From Hemiscyllium ocellatum (Eukaryota), in NCBI RefSeq assembly GCF_020745735.1, contig NC_083432.1, positions 35,364,533 through 35,428,532 on the forward strand: a stretch of 64,000 bases of DNA, written 5' to 3'. Both the position numbers and the translations under genes were made by a program. Below are positions 1-12,915 of this stretch, piece after piece (position 1 is the first letter of the stretch; each line of letters begins with the position of its first letter). The notes beneath the pieces were generated by a model. It searched no databases. It worked only from the letters and a program-made list of their open reading frames with translations, and was not told the origin of the DNA.

Positions 1-16
1 ACTTAACGGCCAATTT
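1..16 (-). CDS. IFI35: Start of next putative IFI35 exon (KLAVK...), truncated by the window edge
   Basis: ttttgttttgcag acceptor at 17-29; open in phase 0. Confidence 0.4.
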
Positions 17-3000
17 CTGCAAAACAAAATCATCCACTCTTACAAAACTGTCACTTTGGCTTAACTGGTGATGCTTTCATTTTTCATTTTGCAAGTTTAA
101 GACCCATTGTAGGAGAAAGTGAGGACTGCAGATGCTGGAGATCAGAGCTGAAAATGTGTTGCTGGAAAAGCGCAGTAGGTCAGGCAGCATCCAAAGAGCA
201 GGAGAGCTTCTGCTCTCCTGAAGAAGGGCTCATGCCTGAAACATCGATTCTCCTGCTCTTTGGATGCTGCCTGACCTGCTGTGCTTTTCCAGTAACACAT
301 TTTCAGCTAAGACCCATTATAGACTTGGCCTTGAATTTAGGCTGCTAACCCTATGTAATAATGAAGTATGGGGTGCTCCATTCTGAGAAGATTTCTCTTT
401 TTGGTTGGTATCTCAGACTGATACCCTTGCCTACTCAAGTGGATATAATGTAGAACATCCTAAACCAAGGTATACAGAGGAAATTAAGCAATTGAAAAAA
501 GCTGGGTGAATTGTTTTCCTGCTGGTAACATTATATAGTTATCAATAAAGGATTTCTAATGCTGATGAATTGGATAAAATCTTAAGACTGATGTTCAAAG
601 CAATTTGCATTTCATGTCATCTAAAGTTGTATTCCACTTAATTTAGATATAAAATCCATTTAAATTGTTGCAACAAATTTTTCAGTTTACGCATGATTAA
701 TAAGAAATCATTGAATGTTTTTTTCACTGAATATTTGAGAACCAGGAGATATTCTGGTCTTTTAATCAAAATTCTTTGTTTAACCCAAACCATTGGTGGC
801 ACACTGGCAGGCCACTCATCTTTGTTGCTTGTATGAGCTCGCTATGTGCAAACTGGAAGTTGTGTTTAATTACTTGTGTAAAATTAATTAGCGAAGTACT
901 CTAGAATGTCTCAGAGATGTGATAATGTGCTGTGTAAGCTCATTGTGTTTCTGCCTTTTTCTAAATTGCCTATGAATACTGAACACCTTGCTCTGCATTT
1001 TTAGCACTTGCTGTTTCTTCGTGAATGTGTTCACTAAATATATTGCTCCTTTGAAAACACAATGCTATCCAGTCAGAAAGAAGTGCAATACATCACTTGC
1101 AAGTGATCACTGGTCTATACTGAGCTGCTTTGTCAAATTGCATCTCAGGAAAGATGTGGAAGTAGTGCAGCATAAACTGACAAAAATGAAACCAGAGCAT
1201 CAAGAATTAAGGTATGAGATCAGGTTGCATAAATTTGGTTTGGATTGCTTTGACTTTAAAAGCTTGATGGGTATTTGGTGCACTCGACTATCTGTCGATT
1301 GCCTGTTGACTCCTGACTTTTTCGGCCAGAAGTCTTCCATTGTTCATATACTTTGCAGATTATGTTGTGTGGCACTACTACTGTGACAAACTTGGAAAAA
1401 CATTAGCAACGCAGACCAGGGCATCCATGAAGCGCTGTGGGCTGCCAGCACCTTCACAATTACACTCAATCACGGTCTGCAACATCATGACTCACATATC
1501 CCCCACTCTACTCTTACCATCAAGCTGGGAGATTAACCCAGATTCAATGAAGAGTGTAGGAGGGCATGCACTGGGCATACCTAAAGCTGTGGTGTCAACC
1601 TGGTGGAACTACAACGTGAATGCCAAACAGTGGAAGCAGCATATCACGGACAGAGCTAAGCAGTCCCATAACGCATGGATGACATCTAAATTCTGCAGTC
1701 CTGCAACATCCATGGTGTTGACAATTAAACACCTGACAGGAGATGGGGCTTCACAATTTTATTTTTTAATTCACTCATAGGATGTGAGCAGTGCAGGCTG
1801 TCCAGCATTTATTACCTGTCCTTAGCTGGCCTTGAACTAAGGGCTTATGCCCAAAACGTCAAATCTCCTGCTCCTTGGATGCTGCCTGACCTGCTGCGCT
1901 TTTCCAGCAACACATTTTCAGCTCTGATCTCCAGCATCTGCAGACCTCACTTTCTCCTTGAACTAAGTGGCTTGCTAGGCTATTTCAGAGGGCAATTGAG
2001 AATCAACCACATTGCTATGGATTAGATTAGACTTACAGTGTGGAAACAGGCCCTTCGGCCCAACAAGTCCACACCGACCCGCCGAAGCGCAACCCACCCA
2101 TACCCCTACATTTACCCCTTACCTAACACTACGGGCAATTTAGCTTGGCCAATTCACCTGACCCGCACATCTTTGTGACTGTGGGAGGAAACCGGAGCAC
2201 CCGGAGGAAACCCACGCAGACATGGGGAGAACGTGCAAACTCCACACAGTCAGTCGCCTGAGTCGGGAATTGAACCCGGGTCTACAGGCGCTGTGAGGCA
2301 GCAGTGCTAACCACTGTGCCACCGTGCCGCCCACAATTGCTATGGATCTGGAGCCACATGTTGGCCAGGCCAGATGAGGATGGCAGATTTCCTTCCCTGA
2401 AGGACATTAGTGAATCAGTTGGGATTTTCTGACAATCACCTTCACATCCACTGTCAGAAAATAGGGATGGGCAATAAATGCTGGTCTGGCCAGTGATGTC
2501 TCACATTGCAAGAATAATATAAAAGGATGTCAACCTATGACTTCTGACCAAAAAAAATCCAAATTTTTTCTGCTGCTGTTGAAGACAAACTTGACCAGAT
2601 GCAATCCTACTCGTTCATAAAATCGCAGAGTAGCACACCTTTGAAGGCAGTGATTATCAGGTATTCCTAACTGTACATGTCAGTGGGCGATGTCAAGACT
2701 ATCACCTCACGGGTGTGCACTGCATTCCCCTCCAATCCTGCCCTCTGATACACCAATATGGCATCAAGAAGGAACAGCAGATACATAGCCCCATCCAAAC
2801 ATAAAATAATTGAGATTGTAGAGCACTCAAATAGTTGCAAAGCAGCTACAGAATTCAAGATACGGAGAAGCAAATTAGGGATTGCAGGAAGCTTTTAGGC
2901 AGACAGCAAAGAATAATTTTTTTATATGTAAAATATGCAAACAGAAGAAAACCATTGGGAGAAAATGAAGTCAAAGAAACATCAAAGAAAATTGCCAGAT

Positions 3001-4258
3001 TAGACTTTATCTGAATGAATCTTTTGTCCCAAAACAAGCAAAATAATTAGGCACTGAGGGCTTCAAAGTTAGCCATGGATGATGCACCAGCTTTATGATA
3101 AGAATCAATTTTGTACTGTGACATAAGACCAAAGTTTCACAATTTTAAATATAATTCATTAATTAAAATACTCTTTAGGCCTGTTTGCAAGCCAGCCCAT
3201 TTGTACTATGTGTTGATTGGCCAGTAAGTAGACTGTGATTGATAGAAGCAATGCCATGGAGAATGCAGTTGACAATATTAAATTACTGTTTCTTGTGAAT
3301 TGTCCTGATGAGTGCAAAAAGTTTTAGTGTAATGTGCCTTTTTTCAACAGAGCACAAGTAAAATACCTTTTGGTACCTTTCGAACTAATTTTAGTGTGGG
3401 AAGCTGACAGGAACAGTCTCTGACCTCCTAACAACTCTGTGATGGTGAGACCCTGGGAGCAGGTGGCTTTCAATTCCTCAAACCCATGGAGAAGCTGACC
3501 CCGTACTTTCTGGCTAAACTTTTAGTCTTGGAAACAGGTATTGCGATGAGTACAGATGATAATCTAGATGCTGAAGATTAAGAAGCCATTTTATGGGTAG
3601 ATACAGTAAAATTATTTGCTTTGATAGGGGAATACCGAACAAGCAGACAAAATCTTAAAATTTGAGCTGGATAGTTTTTCTACACAAAGGGTAGAATGTA
3701 CTCCCCCAAAGATTATGGATGTTGGGTTAATTGAAATTTTCAAAATTGAGATTCATAGACTGTTGTTTGTTAAGGTTAGCAAGGACGAGGGAGTAAAAAT
3801 GGCAAATCAACCACCTCAAGGGCTTGTTGTGACACCAAGGTCTTACCAGACCATAGGGGTTGCTCTCTCATCAGAGAGAAGCAACTGGTGGCAATTCATC
3901 CTGAGTGTCACCAGACCTCAGGCAAGGGAAGAGGTTGAGGTCTTTTATGGTGATCTCAAATCAGTGATGGGAATTGAACCGACACTGTTAGTATCACACT
4001 ACTCTGTGAGCCAACAATCCAACCAACTGAGCTAGACCAATTCCCAGCTGGGGGCATTCAATGGCCAATTCCTGTCTTTATTATTGTTTGTCACAGTGAC
4101 AGAAACATGATCAACTCACCTGTTGCTTCTGTGCAGGCTCACTCTGTAGAGAAAATATAAGGAATTCTCAAGCATTTGTACTCAACGAAACTGCATCACT
4201 TTCAATATTGAATGAAGTCACTTCAAAGAAATTGACTCACCTGATCAGCAGATTCCAT
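1..4258 (-). CDS. IFI35: 5' coding part of a putative interferon-induced 35 kDa protein gene; pieces 4241-4258, 4120-4143 and 1-16 give MESADQ-SEPAQKQQ-KLAVK..., continuing off the window edge
   Basis: Phase-0 exons with canonical sites (CAG|GTGAGT donors; tttgtag, tctacag and ttttgcag acceptors). Identity is inferred from the RUNDC1-RPL27-IFI35 synteny and a perfect ISRE at the promoter. Too little protein is visible for homology. Confidence 0.6.
113..307. mobile_element. PLE family A terminal fold-back with decayed hammerhead core
   Basis: 60-bp inverted arms 146-205/249-308; flanking direct repeats taagacccatt(g/a)tag at 98-112 and 308-322; the same terminus is attached to GIY-YIG ORF fragments at 10441-11030 and 60091-61200. 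Confidence 0.8.
1770..2440 (-). mobile_element. Old SINE interrupted by a PLE fragment (1842-1955) and an HE1 SINE
   Basis: Homologous to 44815-44985 and 48770-49110; the PLE insert is flanked by ccttgaactaag duplicates at 1830-1841 and 1956-1967. Confidence 0.55.
2023..2335 (-). mobile_element. HE1-type tRNA-derived V-SINE
   Basis: A/B-box head, V-SINE core (gtggagtttgcacgttctcccc...ggtttcctccgggtgctccggtttcctccca), CR1-like 3' tail; 12-bp TSD attgctatggat at 2011-2022 and 2336-2347. Confidence 0.85.
4120..4143 (-). CDS. IFI35: Putative IFI35 24-nt exon 3 (SEPAQKQQ)
   Basis: tttctctacag|AGTGAG...CAACAG|gtgagt; 97-nt upstream intron; phase 0. Confidence 0.55.
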
Positions 4259-4291
4259 TGAAATTTATGGAGTCTCCACGCCACAAACGTG
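4241..4291 (-). CDS. IFI35: Putative IFI35 exon 2 (5'UTR plus ATG at 4258, MESADQ)
   Basis: tttgtag acceptor at 4292-4294; ATG GAA TCT GCT GAT CAG|gtgagt. Confidence 0.6.
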
Positions 4292-5889
4292 CTACAAAAG
4301 GACAAAGTTTCACATTAAACTCCTGCAGGATATGTTGCTGATGCTACTCAGAGTTTTTTAAACTGTAAAAACTAACTACATTTGGCTTACATTGGTGTGA
4401 AACTAAGTGTAAGAATAAAGAAGGCTAGTGCTATATAAACACATTAATATTTTCGCTACTATTATTGTTGTCATTGTTTGATTTAAAGATTTTTGTTAAC
4501 CAAAAGTATTAAGAGATTTGGGACAAAGGCAGATGTATTGAGTTAGATTGCAAATCCATCATGATTTCATTTTAATGATAGAACAGGTTTGACGGGCCAA
4601 ATGGCTTCCTCCAGTTATGATGTCCTTTTCCAGGTCTATCAGAATTCTGTTCCCCAATTTACTCCTCCTCCTCTTTCCTGAAGGATAACTCGATGGAGTA
4701 CAGCCCCATGTGAATCAATAGCCCTCCCGAACCTCCCATCACATGGCATTCTTCTTCTGTGGTTTTCTGTTACTTCCTAGCTCACGAGCATTGCAGCCAC
4801 ATTAAACGCTCAAACTGGGATCAGGGATCAAAACTGGATCTATGTTAAGTTTTATAACTTGGTGGCTCAACACAGACTTTCGCACTTGGGGAAACACTAG
4901 CCCATATGGTACTGACCCAGGTATGTGATTCACCCAAACCACCTGCAGCAGCCAATTTTTGATATTTAATATTTCAAGTGATTGATAAGATTCTACACAG
5001 ATTCCACTAGCAGTTTTTAATCACATGAATAGTGATTTTGAGTATTATAATCCAGGTTGGCTGAAACTGAAAACTTTGGCAGTGCTTGAAGGACCTGAGC
5101 ACAAAGCTTAGCCCCAAAGTAATAGTGAATTTATCTGTCCCCTATATCAATGAATTGAACAGTCCAATCCAGATAGCTGGGCAATATACTTAATCAAAAG
5201 TAAGGTTCCAGTGGAGGAATTGATCTCTAATATTCTTTTCAAGCGCAGTGCGTGTTGAAGTATTGAAGTAAAATTTCAATCAGACTATTAGAACATGCAC
5301 AGCCATTAACTGAAAGAAATATTAATTTTGAATTTAAAATTTGACGTGCATCTTGTCCTCCTTGATATTAATCAAGCCTTGAATCCATCCAGGTCTTTAA
5401 ATAGGAATTAGCTTCTAGATTAGTCATCTGAGACTGGAAAGGTTCAGCAGAGATTATGATAATTAAGACAATAAACTTAATTTTATTCTCAAAAACATAA
5501 AAACAAGGATTATTATGCAGTCAAATTTAAGAAAACCACTGAACTCTGCAGTAATAGGAACAGTGGCAATACAACTGGTAACAAAGAATGTGTGCAGTAT
5601 TCCTACTTTTGCTTCCACAGTATTGACAGAATCACATTCTCCCTTAAGTAGATATTACCTTCTGGTAATGGTAACATCCCACGTGATTTCACATTGTGGC
5701 TGGAGATGTTCTCATACTTTGCTGTATGCAATTCAGTAGATTAACAATACAAACATTTGATGTACACTATTGATAACACTGGCAATTGCCAACAGGGCCT
5801 AGCAAGGCTGTTCGGTTTCTTTATTCAGATATTTCGCCTCCTTACTTCTCAAGTTTTTATACAAAATTAGCTTTCCTCAATGTTTAAAA

Positions 5890-6810
5890 ATTAATTGATG
5901 CATTGTGGGCAACGCAGGCTATGTTAGCATTTATTGCCCATCTCTAGTTGCCCTTGAAGGTGGTGGTTAGCAGCTTCCCAGACCCATTGCACTCCAGGTG
6001 CTGTACCCATAAAGCTGTAAAGGAGGGAATTATGGGATTTTAACACAGCAACATGGAAGGAACAGTGATATAAATCTAAATCATGGTGAGTGGCTTACAG
6101 GGGGACCTTGCAGGTGGTAATGTTGCTCTGTATCTGCTGCCCTTGACCTTTGACATGTAGTAGTCCTGGGCTTGGAAAGTCTCTAAGGAGACTTGTTAAA
6201 TTTCTGCAGTGCATTCTGCAGGTGGTACACAGTGTAGCTACTGTTTGTTATTGGATTTAGTGCCACTCAAGTAGGCTGCTTTGGCTTACATAGTGCCAAG
6301 CATCTCGAGCATTGTTGGAGTTGCACCATTGAGGCAAATAGGGAGTATTCATCATACTGCTGACTAGTATTTTGCAGATGGCGGACAGGCTTGGGCAGTC
6401 AGGAAGAGAATTACTCATTTTTGGATCCTGAGCCTTTCACTTGTTCTTATCTTCACAGTATTTATGATGCTTCAATGGTGACTTCCAAGATGTTGACAGT
6501 GGGTGTTTCAAAACATATAATGCAATTGAATGCCAAGGGGCAATGATTCGATTCTTTGTTGTTGGAGATGGTCATTGTAAACCACTTCAGTGGTGTGAAT
6601 GTTACTTGCCACTTGTCAGTCCAAATCTGGAGATTGTTCAGGTCTTATTGCATTTAGATATAGGACTGTTTCAGTATCTAAGCAAATGGTGCGGAACATT
6701 GTGTAGTCATCAGCAAACATCCCCATTTCTGACCTTATGGTGGATGGAAGGTTATTGATGAAGCAGCTGAGATATTTGGGCTTAGGACATTACCGTGAGG
6801 AGCTCCTGCA
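5890..6810 (-). mobile_element. Old degraded LINE fragment
   Basis: 3' tail gggcaataaatgct shared with 2460-2525 and the old SINE family; degraded coding-like body. Boundaries approximate. Confidence 0.4.
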
Positions 6811-6980
6811 GAGATGGTTCATGTTTTACAATTGCAAAGTAAAACCAAACATGGCCAAAGTGAGTTATTAAACCGCACATATTGGGAAAATCCATCTAAT
6901 TCCTGGGGAGGAGTTTTACACTTTCCTGCTGGCCAGGTTTGCAAGTGGGACGGACTGAAAAATTCCCTGGAATTTCAAAG

Positions 6981-7144
6981 TTAAAAATCACACAATACCA
7001 GGTTATAAACCAACAGGTTCAACTGCTCCACAGCTACCTGATGAAGGAGCAGCTATTGCTTCCAAGTAAACTTATTGGCCTATAACCTGGTGTTATGTGC
7101 TTTTTAACTTTGTCCATTCCAGTCCAACACTGGCTCCTCCACAG
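6981..7144. mobile_element. PLE family B mini fold-back
   Basis: Inverted ttaaaaatcacacaa..caggttata arms; perfect 15-bp direct repeat cctggaatttcaaag at 6966-6980 and 7145-7159. Confidence 0.75.
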
Positions 7145-7639
7145 CCTGGAATTTCAAAGGGAATTTTGGTTGACAACAGGAGGATGGAGGGGGAAATGAC
7201 CAATTACCAATGACAAAGATTTTCTGCCTGCCAACAACCACATGATTGGTTCTCAGGTAGCTGAACAGGTAGAGGTAGGCCTTCAGCCCACCATCAGCTG
7301 AGGAGCTCCCTCTCTGTTCTGCACAGCAAAGCACTTTAATAGAGGCATACAACATGGATCCTTCACCTACCAGATCTATGCCGATAATTAGTATATACCT
7401 CAATTAGATCCCTACTCAGCTTCCCCTGCTGCAAGGAAAGCAAACCCAGCCTAGCCAGTCTTTCTTATAACTAAGACTTTCCATCTGAGGCAACACTGGG
7501 ATAAATCTCCTCTGCATCCTTTCATGTCCTTCTGACAACATGGAGAAAAGTAATTTACCTTTGGGTCAGCAGTTGCTGTAAACTGTGAGTTTTAGTTAAT
7601 AAGATTCTGGGTAATTCAAGATGGAGGAAAGGAAAACTT

Positions 7640-10112
7640 TTTGGCTGCGACAGGCTGCTCCTTTTTTGAGGTATTTTTGGTGGTGGCGGTGATTTCCTCG
7701 CATTCCAAGAGCAGCAATTACAGTTTTCTATGCTGTTGCATTGTTTTGGAACTTTGGAGGAAAAAAACAAGTCAAAACAACAGCACTTTTAAAATGGAGA
7801 GGAACAGAAAAAAGCAGCACATGGTGAGGTCAGTGCAGGAGAGAGAGAGAGAGAAAAAAAACCACAATGCTAACTGACACAACAGTGAACCTGCGCAGTT
7901 GAATTCATGTATCACTGGACATCAGAGTGCATCTGGGAAAATTAACAAACAGTAAAATTCACAACTAGTCTTGGAGGAACCTGCTTGGGAGAGGTCACAG
8001 CACAGAAACATAAGTGAATATTTTTAGGTGTGGTCTTACGGCAAGTCTGCAGTAGTGAGCAGAGTGGGTTCTTTCTAGATTATATGTTTTATTGAGATAG
8101 GTCTCTTGATTAAACTTAAAAATATAAGCTGTAAGTATTAAGTTTGCCTGGAGCAGTGTTTTGTACAGGAATAAGACAGTGCTAATTTTTGGATCTAGAT
8201 TGGAAGAAGCAAAAATGGCCTTTAGTAGAATGATATGGTTTTCTTGTCAGATGTGGGAATTTAGGGAAAGTTTACACGTTACTGAGGATTATATCTGCAA
8301 TAAATGCCGTTGATTGTGAACCCTATCAGATTGAATGGATCAGTTGGAGAGATAGTTAGTGGCAATGAGGAATTTACAAGAGCAAGGGGATGTAATGGAT
8401 GACAGTTATGGGAAGGAAGAAAAGTTGCAGATACAGGCACATAGATGGGTTAACTCCAGGAAAGGTAAGAGAGGTAGGCAGGTAGTGCAGGAGTCTTCTG
8501 TGGCTATCCCCATTTCAAACAAGTATTGGAAAATGTAGGAGGTGATGGATTCTCAAGGGAATGTAGCATGAACAGCCAAGTTTCTGGTACTGAGACTGGC
8601 TCTAATGCAATGAGGGATTTGTCAAGTTCCAAGAGATCAATTGTGTTAGGGGACTCTCTGCCCGGAGGCACAGAAAAACGTTTCTATGGCCAGCAGCGCA
8701 AAATCAGAATGGTGTGTTGCTTCCCTGGGGCCAGGATCAAGGATGTCTCAGAGAGGGTGCAGAATGTTCTCAAGGGAAGAGGGACAAGCAGGAAGTCATT
8801 GTACACCTTGGAGCCAATGACATAGGAAGGGAAAAGGATGAGATTCTGAAGGGAGAACATGGAGAGTTAGGCAGGAATTTAAAAAGGAGATCCTTGAGAG
8901 TAGTAATATTTGGATTACTCCTGGGCTAGTGAGGGTAGGAACAGGAGAGAAGAGCAGATGAATACATGGCTGAGGAGCTGGTATATGAGAGAAGGATTCA
9001 CACTTTTGGATCATTAGAATCTCTTGAGGGTACAAATGACCTGTACAAGAAAGACGGATTGCACCTAAGTTGGAAGGGGACAAGTATATTGGCAGGGAGA
9101 TTTGCTAGAGCTGCTCAGGAAGATTTAAACTTGTAAAGTGAGGTGGGGGGGACCCAGGGAGATAGTGAGGAAAAAGATCAATCTGAGACTGGTACAGTTG
9201 ATTAAAGAAGATAGTCAAACAATCAGGGCAGGCAGGGACAAAGGACAGAACAAGGTAGGACTGATAAAGTAAACTGCATTTATTTTAATGTAAGAGGCCT
9301 AACAGGGAAGGCAGATGAACTCCGGGCATGGTAAGGAACAGGGAATTGGGATATCATAGCAATCACAGAAACGTGGCTCAGGAATGGACAGGACTGGTAG
9401 CGTAATGTTCCAGGATACAAATGCTGCAAGAAGGACAGAAAGGGAGGCAACAGAGGCGGGGGAGTGGCGTTTTTGATAAGGGATAGCATTACAGTTGTAC
9501 TAAGGGAGGATATTCCTGGAAATATATCCAGGCAAGTTATTTGGTTAAACTAAGAAATGAGAAATGGTGACCACCTTATTGGGATTGTATTATAGACCCC
9601 CTATCGGAAGGATGTTGTGAAACTTGAAAGGGTTCAGAAAAGACTGACAAGGATGTTGCCAGGGTTGGAGGATTTGAACTATGGGAAAGGATGAATAGGC
9701 TGGGGCTGTTTTCCCTGGAGCATCAGAAGCTGAGGGGTGACCTCATAGAGATTTATAAATCATGAGGGGTATGGATAGGATAAATAGACTAAGTCTCTTC
9801 CCTGGAGTAGGGGAGTTCAGAACTAGAGGGCATAAGTTTAGTGTGAATAGTTAAAGATTAAGAAGAGACCTAAGGGGCAACTTTTTCACGCAGAGAGTGG
9901 TATGTGTATGGAATGAGCTTCCAGAGGAAGTGGTGGAGGCTGGTACAATTGCAACATTTAAAAGGCGTCTGGATGGATATATGAATAGGAAGGGTTCGGA
10001 GGGATATGAGCCAGTTGCTGGCAGGTGGGACTAGATTGGGTTGGGATATCTGGTTGGCATTAAAGTGTTGGACCGAAGGTCTGTTTTTGTGCTGTACATC
10101 TCTATGACTCTT
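7640..10112 (+). mobile_element. CR1/HER1-like LINE, internally deleted: 5'UTR, ORF1 (Cys-finger plus SGNH esterase), start of APE endonuclease, then the ORF2 3' end
   Basis: ORF1 ATG ~8215; GDSL and VHLGANDI esterase motifs in ORFs 8526-8929; APE-like remnants near 9280-9600; jump at ~9601 to the KLERVQ region; tail ctatgactc. Confidence 0.8.
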
Positions 10113-10325
10113 TGTCAAAGATCTTTTAGTCGTGAACCAGCCGCTCTGTGTCTCGTGCAAATCAGTGGAAGCATCCAGAGAAGGGCAGCACGAGAAACAT
10201 ACAAATCATCTCAGCAGTTGAGGACAGGGACTCCTGAACTGCTTTCATTGTGACTTCTCCAGCTCTAACTCACATATTTGTTATCTGTTTCTATGTGTAT
10301 ATGTATGTGTAATTATGTGTATTCT

Positions 10326-10352
<27 letters not shown>
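10326..10352 (+). repeat. (TG)13 microsatellite
   Basis: Directly visible. Confidence 0.95.
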
Positions 10353-10356
<4 letters not shown>

Positions 10357-10440
10357 GAGGGAGTTTCCAAGGATTTGGAGTTTTAATTGTTTATCTGTAG
10401 TTAGAGTGCAAATACTAGTAATGAATTGTATTTGTTATTA

Positions 10441-11030
10441 AGGGCCTGATGTGACCTCCTCTATACTGGGGAGACGGGCCGCCTACTTGCGGAACGTTTC
10501 AGAGAACACCTCTGGGACCCCTGGACCAACCAACCCAACCACCCAGTGGCTCAACACTTTAACTCCCCCTCCCACTCCACCAAGGACATGCAGGTCCTTG
10601 GACTCCTCCATCGCCAGACCATAACAACATGACGGTTGGAGGAAGAGCGCCTCATCTTCCGCCTGGGAACCCTCCAACCACAAGGGATGAACTCAGATTT
10701 CTCCAGTTTCCTCATTTCCCCTCCCCCCACCTTGTCTCAGTCAAATCCCTCGAACTCAGCACCGCCTTCCTAACTTGCAATCTTCTCCCTGACCCCTCCG
10801 CCCCCACCCCACTCCGGCCTATCACCCTCACCTTGACCTCCTTCCACCTATCACATCTCCATCGCCCCTCCCCCAAGTCCCTCCTCCCTACCTTTTATCT
10901 TAGCCTGCTGGACACACTTTCCTCATTCCTGATGAATTTCCTGTTCCTTGGATGCTGCCTGACCTGCTGTGCTTTTCCAGCAACACATTTTCAGCGCTGA
11001 TCACCAGCATCTGCAGTCCTCACTTTCTCC
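10441..11030 (+). mobile_element. PLE 3' fragment (GIY-YIG endonuclease remnant plus family A terminus)
   Basis: LLYTGETGRLLAERFREHL-like translation followed by the family A terminus. Confidence 0.8.
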
Positions 11031-12897
11031 TCCATTAAGTGCAGTTACTTAGTCTGTGCTTTATATTAGTCTAGGTCTGAAAATCAGGTAAATTAGGCAA
11101 TCACTGTGTACTTTTTAAAACTTTGTGATGATTTCAGGAATAGTGGGGCTTGATCCTGATCACAGAGAGGCGTGACAACTTTTATAAGGTTGTCATTCTT
11201 TGGGATTAATTAAGAGGATTGTGTGCCCAGTTATGAACTCTGACAGATAGCCTGGTTGGTTTGAATTTTTAAGAGATAATGACCACAGATGCCTTAACTG
11301 AGAAGGGGGCACATAATCTTTACATTTGGAGATAATGGCAGTAACCCATGTGCTAACAATGAATGTCCAAAGTTATGAGAAAGCACTAGGAATGTTGGGT
11401 TGTCAATAGTTGTCCTTCAAATTGTCAATTCAGTTCAAAATTCAGGAAGTATTGAGCTCTCAAGAAAACATGGACACAATAGTCGTGTGATTCATATTCT
11501 ATAGACATAGGCTTTGAGAGGGAACGGGTTTCTGAGATATCCCTGAAAACCCACAAACACAGTTGACTGTCAGGATCCAGGGTAGAGAGGGCAATTATAG
11601 CTCTAAGATCTGTAGTCCACTATACAGGAAATGTGGCTGAGAGCTCACACTCAGACTGAAAGGGTCATGTCTGTGGAAATTTGAAATGAGCCTAGAAGAT
11701 TCACCGAGCTTTAGTTGAAGGAAGATGTTTGCAGGCAAACCTACTAAGAAAGACAGTTCTGCATCTTAAAGCTTCCATTCTGGGAGAAGATGGGAAAACC
11801 AGTGACAGGAGACAAGAATCATTTCAGATTGATTTGGGGAGAATTGAATTTTTAGCTAAAGCACAGTATAACCTGTACCTCACAACAGGAATTTTCGGTA
11901 TTGACAAACATTCTGTCGTACAGTTGAAAGTATAAATTGCCTACAAAATGAGTGCTTAGTTAATAGTATTTTTGGTTCGTTGAAGTAAACATCTTAGAGT
12001 CATGGAGTCATACAGCCTGGAAACTGGTCCAAACATAATTCCAAACTATACTAGTCCCACCTGTTTGCTACTGGCCCATTAATCTTTCCTATTCATGTAC
12101 TTATACAAATGTCATTTAAATATTATAATTGTGCCCACATCCACCACTTAACAAATGAAATCTTGCCAATTTTTCAACTATTAACTATCTTTAAGGAATG
12201 GTAACATTATCAGAGATCCTTAATGCAGGTGTTTGTACAGTTTCTAATCAATCTGCTCCCAAGTGTTATTACACATCTCTGCAGCAGGGAGGGACACACC
12301 TAGGTCTCCAGACAAGGTCACCACCACTGTGCCACAAGAGCCTTAATGCGATGTTTAAATATGAGTACTGAATAGTTTAATATTCTGTTGATACTCCCCC
12401 ACCAGCTATTTGGAGGGTAGCTGTTGTCCACAGAAACATAACCCCAGCCCAGGATTAACATCTGCAGATGAGACATTTGTTTATCCGTGGGCAACAGGAT
12501 ATGGTGAATGGGTGAGGGAAATAAAGAGATAGGAAAATAGAATGACCAAAAATACCGCGAGTGAAGAGGAAATGTGAGAGCGAGGGGTAGGGAACAGAGA
12601 ACACCCCATGGAGGATGGCAAAACCCAGAAACTCCATTCTACGGTGTTTTATATTAAATGTTAAAAATCACACAACAGCAGGTTATATTAAAGAATTGAC
12701 CATTTTAGTTATGAAATGCAATGGGAAACAAAACAAAGGTGAAGATTAGTAAACAAAACGGCAGCATGTTTATTTATGCCTTTTTCGACTTTAAACACAC
12801 GTAGGTTACAAAATGTTACATTAAAATAACGACCAACGGAAACATATTTAGTTCTAACATCGATAACTCCTACATTTTATCAAACATGACAACCATT

Positions 12898-12915
12898 ACT
12901 TTCACTTTCGTTTCT
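12898..12915 (-). promoter_or_regulatory. Tandem IRF-E/ISRE (AGAAACGAAAGTGAAAGT) in intron 1 of putative IFI35
   Basis: Three GAAA cores with IRF spacing, ~280 nt downstream of the exon 1 donor. Confidence 0.6.

Noticed and set aside
988-1780. 132-aa and 146-aa plus-strand ORFs
   Set aside because: Degraded LINE-derived sequence antisense in an intron; no splice structure or coherent domain
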